From contig OY762428.1 in assembly GCA_963665665.1 (NCBI GenBank), positions 192,001-256,000 on the forward strand: a DNA stretch of 64,000 nucleotides, in the 5' to 3' direction. This DNA is from Candidatus Kapaibacterium sp. Its GTDB lineage: Bacteria; Bacteroidota; Ignavibacteria; Kapaibacteriales; UBA2268. The notes beneath the pieces are model-generated. The model was not told where the DNA came from and made no database searches. It saw nothing but the letters and a program-made list of their open reading frames with translations. The translations under genes and the position numbers were made by a program. Positions 20,929 to 29,538 of this stretch are shown here, piece after piece (within the stretch, counting starts at the first letter, position 1; each line of letters begins with the position of its first letter).

Positions 20929-21498
20929 TGTCATTCTGAGTGGAGCGAAGAATCCATTCCTAATTGACAATGGACAATTAAAAATTAAAAATTGGAAGAA
21001 GCCGCATGTCCACCGCTGGCACCGACGAGTCTGGAAAGGGCGGGGTGGACTTCTTAAATAATTCCCCTCGTTGAGGGGTGGCGAGCGCAGCGAGTCGGGG
21101 TGGATTCTTCATACATTATCTGCAAACAAAGATGGATTCTTCGGTCGCAAGAGCATCGGAATTATATAAAAAGCTCCGTAGGAGCGGAATTTTTGTAGAT
21201 AATGTTTACATTGCGAATATTAAAAGCTCCGTAGGAGCGACACAATCTTTTGCCAATGTCGCCCCTAAGGGGCTATTGTCCTTTCCGGATTCGTCTTTCT
21301 ACAAAAATGTCGCGGCTACGCCGCTTTCGGTATGGCTGGTTTTATAAAAATTCCCCTCGTTGAGGGGTGGCGAGCGCAGCGAGACGGGGTGGATTCTTCA
21401 TACATTATCTGCAAACAAAGATGGATTCTTCCGTCGCTTCGCTCCGGAAGCCTGCCCCTGCCTGCACCGATTTATCGGTGACGTGTCGGGGAATGACA
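20929..21498. repeat. Composite REP/MITE-like element: arms TGTCATTCTGAG..GAAGAATCC and GGATTCTTC..GAATGACA enclosing nested repeats
   Basis: Left arm 20929-20955, right arm ends 21498; contains a heptamer run (20962-20996), an approximately 88-bp direct repeat (21060-21148 and 21349-21437) and AGCTCCGTAGGAGCG palindromes (about 21172 and 21225). Confidence 0.75.
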
Positions 21499-21700
21499 AC
21501 ATAACACCTCCTTCTCCGGCTCTTACCCCCCGTTCTTCCACCCCAATGAACAGGCCGCCGGCCTTAATTCCCTATCCTGTGGTTTCAATGAATTGGATAA
21601 ATCCCTTAACCCAACGCTGTTTTGAACCAGAATCCTGATGTTTGGTCTAATTGCCTTGTTGGCAGGGCTTTAAACTGCCCTGGCCGGAGGTATTGAACTA

Positions 21701-21994
21701 CTGTTTGGCCTTATTGTAGTGAAATTTGGCCTTATTGAGGACTTGTTTAGCCTTATTGAGGACTTGTTTGGCCTTACTGAGGACTTGTTTGACCTTATTG
21801 AGGTCTTGTTTGGCCTTACTGAGGTCTTGGTTGACCTTACTGAGGTCTTGTTTGACCTTACTGAGGTCTTGTTTGACCTTACTGAGGTCTTGTTTGGCCT
21901 TACTGAGGACTTGTTTAGCCTTACTGAGGACTTGTTTAGCCTTATTGAGGTCTTGTTTGGCCTTACTGAGGACTTGTTTGACCTTATTGAGGTT
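21701..21994. repeat. 21-bp tandem array, 14 units, consensus TTGTTT(GG/AG/GA)CCTTA(C/T)TGAGG(A/T)C
   Basis: Units read every 21 bp from 21701 to 21974 with no indels. Confidence 0.97.
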
Positions 21995-21995
21995 A

Positions 21996-22492
21996 CTCAT
22001 TATCTTCAAACAAGGCATCATTATCTTCAAACAAGGCAGCAATGACTCCGAACAAGGCGTCAATGACTTCAACCAAGGCATCAATGACTCCGACCAAGGC
22101 GTCAATAACTCCGACCAAGGCAGCAATAACTCCAAACAAGGCAGCAATGACTTCAACCAAGGCATCAATAAAGCAAAACATTGGTTCAATAGTATCGACC
22201 AAGGCAGCAATAAAGCAAAACATTGGTTCAATAGTATCGACCAAGGCAGCAATAAAGCAAAACATTGCTGCAATGGCATCGACCCCTCCCAAACCCTCCC
22301 CGAAGGAGAGGGCTTTGAAGAAGAATAAGGCGGCAATAGGTTAAACCAAGGCGGCAATGACTTCGACCCCTCCCAAACCCTCCCCGAAGGGGAGGGCTTT
22401 GAAGAAGAATAAGGCGGCAATGGATTCGAACAAGGCAGCAATAGGTTAAAACTTTGGTTCAATAGTGTCGACCATCGGTGCATTACCATAGA
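21996..22492. repeat. 21-bp tandem array, consensus (A/G)(G/T)CAAT(G/A)ACT(C/T)C(G/A)A(A/C)CAAGGC, with two in-phase hairpin insertions
   Basis: 13 units 21996-22268, then 63-bp units at 22269 and 22353 carrying CCCTCCCCGAAGG(A/G)GAGGG, and 21-bp units at 22332, 22416, 22437 and 22458. Confidence 0.93.
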
Positions 22493-22494
22493 CT

Positions 22495-22696
22495 CTTCCT
22501 ACTTCCCCCCGGCCCCCTCCTTCGGAAGGAGGGGGAGTTAATCTTATGATATTTAACTTCTTATCCCCTCCTCGGGGAGGAGGGGAATACAGGGGTGGTT
22601 TTCTTGCTTTGCTTCCGGACATTGGTGCTATGCCGCTGCCTCTTCCTACCTCACCCCCACTTCCTACTTCCCAAAGAGGAATGGGTTTGGGGAGGT
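22495..22696. repeat. Cluster of C/G-rich REP-like hairpins
   Basis: CCCCCTCCTTCGGAAGGAGGGGG (about 22514-22536), TCCCCTCCTCGGGGAGGAGGGGA (about 22564-22587), and CTTCCTACYTC motifs also found at 44595. Confidence 0.75.
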
Positions 22697-22868
22697 AAAA
22701 CATGATAATTCAAAATACCGATATGTTATCCAATTATTGATAAATACCAGATATTAATGGATGTCATTGTTTTTCTAACTCGTTGTTTTTTTTTAATTTC
22801 TGAGTCAGTAGTATTATATTTTTGATTTTTTACCCTACACCAAATTATATGATTGACAGGTTAAAATT

Positions 22869-23657
22869 TCAAGCTTTCGGAGGACTCCAGCCTTTTCTTT
22901 TCCAATGAATAAGTTCGATATCAACCGACCCGACTATTACTTCCATTGTTGCTTTAATCGGCACCCTTGCATCATCATCGCTGAACCATCCCTCAAAATA
23001 ACCGTTCAGTCCATAGATACCTTCCCAAAGTGCTTTTCCGTCAAAATATTTAGTCTTGATCCCGTAGTCAACAGCATCAATTTCCACTTCTTCTCTTTTG
23101 TCCTGGAAATTTATTATGGTGTATGCTGTATCTACTCCCATAAAGGTAGGAACTTTGATAGATTTCTCCAGAAAAGAATATTGCCTTGAAAGGAAGAAAA
23201 GCGACATTCCGTCATTCCATTTGCTGTTTGTTTTAATCGAATCCCTGGATTTCAGTTTTTTATTTTCCCAGGTTTCAAAACGGATACTGCTGTTAGTATT
23301 ATCGAAATCAATTTCCTGATACTCCCATGTATCGCTCATAAATTTGGTATTTCCCTGGAAACGATAGGAGTATGACAGCCCCGGCGACATCCAGCTTTTA
23401 AATATTGCTTTAAGCCCTACGAAGGGGATTCCGTCATTTGAAGTCATATAGGCTTTTGTGCGTATTGCCCTGTTGCCATCAAAAGCTGTATCAGCTTCGG
23501 TAATTACTTTTATTGTTCCAAGGCTGAATCCCATGTATGAAACCCTGTAAACCAGTTCTTCCCCAACCTGAAGTATAGTTTCCGCTGCTACCGATCTTGC
23601 CCCGGTAATTAGTAATAATATCAGTATAAATCTACTTAAACGCAGTATCATTTTCAT
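22869..23657 (-). CDS. DUF3108 domain-containing protein
   Basis: Signal peptide, GEELVYRVSY.G..LG, WFSDDDARVP.K...V.VGSV..EL motif. Confidence 0.8.
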   Translation of the reverse strand: MKMILRLSRFILILLLITGARSVAAETILQVGEELVYRVSYMGFSLGTIKVITEADTAFDGNRAIRTKAYMTSNDGIPFVGLKAIFKSWMSPGLSYSYRFQGNTKFMSDTWEYQEIDFDNTNSSIRFETWENKKLKSRDSIKTNSKWNDGMSLFFLSRQYSFLEKSIKVPTFMGVDTAYTIINFQDKREEVEIDAVDYGIKTKYFDGKALWEGIYGLNGYFEGWFSDDDARVPIKATMEVIVGSVDIELIHWKRKGWSPPKA

Positions 23658-23667
23658 CTTCCGTAAA

Positions 23668-25365
23668 TTACAAACCCGCTATTTTTTTTGCCATGGGGAA
23701 GAGCTCAATCGATTTTTGAAGCATTTTGTCTGATTCAAAATAAATTTCAAGGTATCTTTCCCTGCCGAATAAATATCTTGCCATTCCCGCTTTCAGCAAT
23801 TCCTTAATTCTTTCTTCATCTTCTTTGTACTGTTCATTATCCCACCTGACTCCCTTTGCAACAGAATATTTTTTCAAATCTGATATTAATTCAGCAGAAA
23901 CATTAAAATCGGATTTAAAAAATGAGAAATCATCCTCATATTTCTTAATTATCTTTTGTCCTTCAACACCCATATAGGAATCAATGAACCTGGAAAATAC
24001 TTTGATATCCCACAGATCCAGAAGTAATTCAGTATCTTTGCTATAATTTATTATATAATCAGGGATTATACCTCCGCCGCCAAGAACATGCCTGCCGGAC
24101 TTTGTATAATGTATGGGCAGGGAATCAACATCGAAATCTTTTTTTGTAGAATCAGAATATTTTTTAATAATCAAATAGTTTTCGCTTTCAATCAGTTCGG
24201 TATCCTTTTCATCGGCAAAACTTTTCTTCAACTTTTCGATTGAATGCTCGATATTATCTCCTTCATCAACATCTATCCTGTGAGCGAGCCCTCGATATTC
24301 CTCTTTATCGTCATAAGGCCTTTGAATACACCTTCCGGAAGGAGTATAATATTTCGAAATAGTAAGCCTGTAGGCCGATCCGTCGTTCAGGCTGTATTCC
24401 CGCTGAACAAGCCCCTTACCGAATGAAGTTATTCCGGCCACCAGCCCCCGGTCAAGATCCTGAACAGCCCCGGAAACAATTTCGCTTGCAGAAGCAGAGC
24501 CATAGTCAATCATTACTATTAGTGGACTTTTTTCAAAAAGCCCGTTGGAAGTAGCAATTTTTTCTTCATCAAACTCAACTCTTCTGCTTTTGGTATAAAC
24601 AATAGTATCACTGTCAGGAATAAATTCATCAGCAACCATAACTGCCTGATTAAGATAGCCACCGGGATTGCCCCTTAGGTCAAGGACTAATCTGTTCATC
24701 CCGAGCGCCTTTAATTCTTTTAAAGCATTTTTCATCTCCTGGTGCGTTGTAGCTGAGAATTTTGAAAGCCTGATAAAACCTACATCAGTATTTTTAATAA
24801 TAAAATAAGTATCTATACTGTTCAGAGGTATTTCACCCCTGGTAATAGTAAAATCAATTACTGATTTTTCTCCGGGGCGATAAATTTTCAAAGCAACATC
24901 AGAACCTCCGGGCCCTTTTAACTTTGCAGTAACAGAGTCTGACTTAATACCTATTACCGTATTATTATTAACTCTGATAATCTTATCGCCGGCAAGAATT
25001 CCGGCTTCTTTACTCGGGCCGCCATCGATAACAGATAAAACTGTCAGAGTGTCTTCAATAACATCAAATTCAACACCGATACCCTCGAAACTGCCTTTCC
25101 TCATTTCATCATTTACTTTTTTCATTTCCTCGGCAGATATATAAATTGAATGAGGGTCTAATTCATCCAGCATTCCCTTTATGGCTGTTTCAACTAATTT
25201 ATGGGTATCCACGTCCTCGACATAATTTTTATTAACTCCCTGAAGAACTCTGTCAAATTTTTTAACCTGGTTATAAATATTATCTCCGGAAATCAACGGA
25301 TGAAAAACTACACCTATCACGATTCCGCTACAGACTGCCAATACACCTATCAATACTTTGTTCAT
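23668..25365 (-). CDS. S41 family C-terminal processing peptidase (PDZ + protease)
   Basis: LDPHS.Y, FEGIGV, GGPS..AGI..GD.I, LDLRGNPGG, SASASEIVSGAVQD.DR, SFGKGLVQ, YYTPSGR.IQ. Confidence 0.95.
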   Translation of the reverse strand: MNKVLIGVLAVCSGIVIGVVFHPLISGDNIYNQVKKFDRVLQGVNKNYVEDVDTHKLVETAIKGMLDELDPHSIYISAEEMKKVNDEMRKGSFEGIGVEFDVIEDTLTVLSVIDGGPSKEAGILAGDKIIRVNNNTVIGIKSDSVTAKLKGPGGSDVALKIYRPGEKSVIDFTITRGEIPLNSIDTYFIIKNTDVGFIRLSKFSATTHQEMKNALKELKALGMNRLVLDLRGNPGGYLNQAVMVADEFIPDSDTIVYTKSRRVEFDEEKIATSNGLFEKSPLIVMIDYGSASASEIVSGAVQDLDRGLVAGITSFGKGLVQREYSLNDGSAYRLTISKYYTPSGRCIQRPYDDKEEYRGLAHRIDVDEGDNIEHSIEKLKKSFADEKDTELIESENYLIIKKYSDSTKKDFDVDSLPIHYTKSGRHVLGGGGIIPDYIINYSKDTELLLDLWDIKVFSRFIDSYMGVEGQKIIKKYEDDFSFFKSDFNVSAELISDLKKYSVAKGVRWDNEQYKEDEERIKELLKAGMARYLFGRERYLEIYFESDKMLQKSIELFPMAKKIAGL

Positions 25366-25672
25366 TTATTTTCCGAGAATTCTTTAAAAAAACGGATAAT
25401 ACTACATGCTAATATACGGTTATTTTCATTTAAAGTTTGAATTTTAGTAATTTTCCGGAGCAAGTGCCAAGTAGTTGGCATACAAAATTTCATTAAAAAT
25501 CATTCTTCACTGAAAATTCAAAAAATTCAGGAATGTTTCAATATCACAACTGTTAATGTTTTATGGCAGGGATTTGGTTTACAATTATTATAAAACACAA
25601 GAAATTCCATGTTTAATTTAAGAATTTTAATATTTTTGTAAAGCAGCTAAGGGGCGTGATTTTTTTTAAGGG

Positions 25673-28600
25673 ATGAACATGAAAAAAATATGGTTTGCAG
25701 CATTACTTTTACTTACAATTACAACATCAGATATTTTGGCGTTTCCAAGTATTTTTATTACGGAAACTGATCTTTCCGGATATCCGGAAGTAAAGGCAAA
25801 ATACCTGTCCTTCGATGAAAACTTCGAAATACACCCGGGTGTTTCACCATCCAGTTTTTCAGTTACCGATAACGGTGTAGCTGTTCCGGTACTCAGCGCT
25901 GAATGCCAGGAGCAGGATTTAATCAACGAATTCGACCTTGTGGTTACGTTCGATCTTGCTATGAATAACGGGTCTGAAAGTTCAAATTTCGAAAAAGCAA
26001 GAAGTATTATCGGCCATCTGTTCGACATCATTGATACTACAAAAACAAAAACCGCACTTTCAAGCTTCGAGATGGTTTCTTTCCTCGAAAAGGATTTTAC
26101 TATCAACCGGTCAGAACTGCATACTGCCTTAGACAGGTTAAAGCCTCGGAGGGGATCGTATTTTGATATGGCTTTGTCTTCTTATCCGGCAGGCGCATTA
26201 AATATTGTCAGCCAGTCAGAAAGTGAAAAAGCTATATTGCTAATTACCGATAGTTATGGCGATGTTGATGCCGACAAAGTAATTGAAATGGCAAATGAAA
26301 ACAGCACCCGGGTATATTGCATTACCCTTGGCGAAGAACTACCTGACGGCTTGAAGAGAATATCTGATGAAACAGGCGGAGCATATATCGAACATCTGCA
26401 CGGATATAACAGCGACATAGAAATTGCAGCCCTCCTGAATGCGCTGATGAAAAATTATAAGCCCTGTACTCTTAGCTGGGAATCACCTCAGAATTGTATC
26501 GACGACCATCTTATTGAAGTTTACCTTCTGCCCTATTCCTCCGATGGCGCTACAATGATTAATATGCCGGAAAATCTGAAGCCATTTATTCAGGCAAGCC
26601 CCGAATACCTTCGTTTTGCTTCAATTTTAATACCTGAAACAGCAACAGATGATGTTACGATAACTGCTGTTAATTCAGATATACATATCGATTCTCTATC
26701 ATTAACCGACCCGCATTTTTCGATTATTCCTGCAACGGATATTGAAGATTTTGACCTGATAAAGGGATCATCACATAAAGTTTCAGTGAAATTCACACCA
26801 ACAGATTCCGCCATAGTCTTTTCAAAACTGATCGTTCACAGCAATGCCTGTGACGGATACGAGATTCTAATTACCGGTGGATTTCCTAATACACCTCCGA
26901 ATGACAGAACTATTGACCTTGTTACCCCCGAGGCAGGAGAAACATTATTGATTGATGATACGGTCTCGGTTGAATGGCAGGGGCTTCTGCCGATTGATGT
27001 TATTCAGCTTGAATATACAATCGATAACGGAAAATCATGGGATACTCTGGCCAAGAATGTTAACGGGTTAAAGCACAATTGGATTGTTCCCGACGAACCG
27101 AGCGATTCCTGCCTGGTCAGGGCTATACAGCTATGGCCTAATAATGTTGGCCGTACAATGGACTTAAGGCATCCTCAGGGCGTGAATTCCGCATTATTCA
27201 GTGTGGATTATGATTTTGTGGTTACATCCTGCAAAGACAGTATAGTAAGGCTCTGGAATTCTAATAACGGTAAAGTTGTTCGCGAATATAAAGGACATAC
27301 AGGGCAGGTAACCTGGGCAGAATTCAGCAACGATAATAAATATATAGCTTCTTCAGGAACAGACAGCATCGCAATAATCTGGGACAGGGAAACCGGTGAC
27401 CTTGTTCATAAACTCGAAGGACACACCCGCGAAGTAAGATCTGTGGTGTTCAGCCCGGATAGCAGGAAGGTAATCACTTCAAGCGCTGACGGTAAAGCCA
27501 TTATATGGGATGTGGAAACCGGCAATCAGGATAAAATAATCGAGCAGTCAACTCTGCCTTTATATTTTGCAACATTCGATCCCGTTGACGGTTCAAGAGC
27601 ACTTGTGGCAGGAGTTGAAAAAGATGTCAAATTATGGAATATTCAAAGTGGGGTTGTTGAAAAGAGATTTTCAACTCCTAACGGATATTATTCACATTCC
27701 GCTTTCAGCGCGGACGGCTCGAAGCTGGTAATTTCAAGTCAGCTTGGCGGTGCCACTGTTTGGGATGTTGCTTCTGAAACTCAACTATCTGCTGTTGCCC
27801 ACCTTGATACAAGCGGCAGTTCTTCAGCAATAATGTTTTCTGCTTTTGATGCAACCGGAGATACGATTTTAACATCAGGTTTCGATCAGAAAGTAAAAAT
27901 GTGGGATGCCAATACCGGTGATTCCGTTGTTACATTCCTTGAGCATACAAGCACCGTGAAAACAGCTGTTATGAACTTCGACGGCGCCCGTGTTCTTACA
28001 TCAAGCTGGGATTCCACTGCAAAGATATGGAACAGGAAAAAGCGCGACCTTCAAATGGATTCCACTGACGGTGTATTCAGCATCAGGGGAGCTTCGCTTC
28101 TGGCATTTAATATTGATTTCGGAGGTGTGGTTTACGGGGAACTTGCCGATTCCATAGTCACAACATTTCTGATTAATGAAAATGACTATACTGTAAAAGT
28201 CTATGATTTTGAGACAGACGGCCTTGCCGCAAATGACTTTACCATTCTGAAAGGTATGCCTCCATTTGAAATTGATCCCGGCGATACAGTTTCAATCGAA
28301 TTAAGGTTCACTCCCGGTAATATTGGGGAAAGGCTTGCCAACCTGAATATCAAGATCCCCGGTACAACAGTAACAGCTGAATTAAAAGGTATCGGTATTG
28401 AACCAGGACTTAGAACAATTGCAGATTACATTGATTTCGGGCAGGTTGAACTTGGCGATTATAAAGACTCTACTATTACAATGATAGTTCGGAATAACAG
28501 GGACGATGCTATCGAAATAACGGATATCTCAGTTAAAAGCCCGGATACTGAACACTTTGATATTATCAGCGGAGAAGGTCCCGTTACGTTAAATCCTGAC

Positions 28601-29422
28601 CAAGGCCATGAAATGATAATCCGCTTCATACCTGAAAGGCTTGGCCGAATAAACGGGTATCTTGAATTTGAATATGACGGAGAAGCTTCTCCTGCAAGAA
28701 TATTTCTTTATGGAGAGGGAGTTCCGCTTATTATTGATACAATTAAAATTAGCGGCAGTGACATTAATGCGAAGGCCGGAGATATTGTAGCATTTCCGAT
28801 TAAAATTGAGAATATCAGCGAGCGCGGAGTGCCGCCCGGAGTAAGCGGGTTTGAAGCAAGGCTGAGATACAATGCTACTTTGCTCGAGCCTCAGGAAACC
28901 AGCTTAAGAAGCCGGGCTGATTCGATTGATGAAAATCAGCGATTCATGTTCGTAACATTGCCCGTTGATTCTGACGGGGATGGCATACTGGCAATGATAC
29001 CGTTTAAAGCAGCTCTTGGAAATGCTACAGAAACAGACATTATGCTTGAAGATATCGCACAGATCGGGCGTGGAAAACTTGTTATATACGAAGAAAAGGG
29101 AAGCTTTTCACTTGAAGGAGTTTGCCAGGAAGGTGGCGCCAGGCTTTTCGACGGAGACAGCAGGCTGACGCTTACACAAAATATGCCAAATCCAGTGAAG
29201 CATACGGCAAAAATTGAATTTGAACTATTCGAAAAAGGACATACTGCTTTGTATGTTTATGATATAGAGGGAAATAAAGTTTTAACTATATTGAGTGAAT
29301 CTCTCAACCCAGGCATGCATTCCGTCGATTTTAATGTGGAATCACTATCATCGGGCGTATATTATTACGTGCTGGAAACACCCACGAGAAAAATTTCTCG
29401 TAGGATGCACGTGGAAAAATAG
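25673..29422 (+). CDS. Secreted protein: VWA domain, Ig-like (choice-of-anchor D) domains, WD40 propeller, cohesin-like domain, T9SS type A C-terminal domain
   Basis: Signal peptide; ILLITD (VWA-like); GH..V..FS.D...D..W WD40 repeats; IDFG units; C-terminal QNMPNP...VYDIEG...LSSGVYYYVL. Confidence 0.82.
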   Translation: MNMKKIWFAALLLLTITTSDILAFPSIFITETDLSGYPEVKAKYLSFDENFEIHPGVSPSSFSVTDNGVAVPVLSAECQEQDLINEFDLVVTFDLAMNNGSESSNFEKARSIIGHLFDIIDTTKTKTALSSFEMVSFLEKDFTINRSELHTALDRLKPRRGSYFDMALSSYPAGALNIVSQSESEKAILLITDSYGDVDADKVIEMANENSTRVYCITLGEELPDGLKRISDETGGAYIEHLHGYNSDIEIAALLNALMKNYKPCTLSWESPQNCIDDHLIEVYLLPYSSDGATMINMPENLKPFIQASPEYLRFASILIPETATDDVTITAVNSDIHIDSLSLTDPHFSIIPATDIEDFDLIKGSSHKVSVKFTPTDSAIVFSKLIVHSNACDGYEILITGGFPNTPPNDRTIDLVTPEAGETLLIDDTVSVEWQGLLPIDVIQLEYTIDNGKSWDTLAKNVNGLKHNWIVPDEPSDSCLVRAIQLWPNNVGRTMDLRHPQGVNSALFSVDYDFVVTSCKDSIVRLWNSNNGKVVREYKGHTGQVTWAEFSNDNKYIASSGTDSIAIIWDRETGDLVHKLEGHTREVRSVVFSPDSRKVITSSADGKAIIWDVETGNQDKIIEQSTLPLYFATFDPVDGSRALVAGVEKDVKLWNIQSGVVEKRFSTPNGYYSHSAFSADGSKLVISSQLGGATVWDVASETQLSAVAHLDTSGSSSAIMFSAFDATGDTILTSGFDQKVKMWDANTGDSVVTFLEHTSTVKTAVMNFDGARVLTSSWDSTAKIWNRKKRDLQMDSTDGVFSIRGASLLAFNIDFGGVVYGELADSIVTTFLINENDYTVKVYDFETDGLAANDFTILKGMPPFEIDPGDTVSIELRFTPGNIGERLANLNIKIPGTTVTAELKGIGIEPGLRTIADYIDFGQVELGDYKDSTITMIVRNNRDDAIEITDISVKSPDTEHFDIISGEGPVTLNPDQGHEMIIRFIPERLGRINGYLEFEYDGEASPARIFLYGEGVPLIIDTIKISGSDINAKAGDIVAFPIKIENISERGVPPGVSGFEARLRYNATLLEPQETSLRSRADSIDENQRFMFVTLPVDSDGDGILAMIPFKAALGNATETDIMLEDIAQIGRGKLVIYEEKGSFSLEGVCQEGGARLFDGDSRLTLTQNMPNPVKHTAKIEFELFEKGHTALYVYDIEGNKVLTILSESLNPGMHSVDFNVESLSSGVYYYVLETPTRKISRRMHVEK

Positions 29423-29441
29423 CTGATACGGGGAATTTATC

Positions 29442-29476
29442 AGCGGCCTTGAATTATTTTTAAGGCCGCTTTTTTT
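29442..29476 (+). terminator. Rho-independent terminator
   Basis: AGCGGCCTT...AAGGCCGCT stem followed by a T-run. Confidence 0.85.
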
Positions 29477-29538
29477 ATGAGAAAATTTAAAATCGAATTA
29501 TATTTGTAATTATTCAGAAATCGAAAAGGAAAAATATT

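Noticed and set aside
20587-21638. Short ORFs 20587-20772, 21078-21347 and 21360-21638
   Set aside because: They are built from repeat sequence with no protein motifs.
21698-22489. 263-aa minus-strand ORF spanning both arrays, ending in coiled-coil-like LSKAKQD heptads
   Set aside because: Several frames on both strands are open simply because the repeat lacks stops; unit variation is mostly non-synonymous and the ORF reads through REP hairpins. Not called as a CDS, although its ends coincide with the array ends, so it is not fully excluded.
25460-25580. Sigma-54-like TGGCA motifs upstream of the VWA/WD40 gene
   Set aside because: The -12 GC element is missing or mis-spaced.
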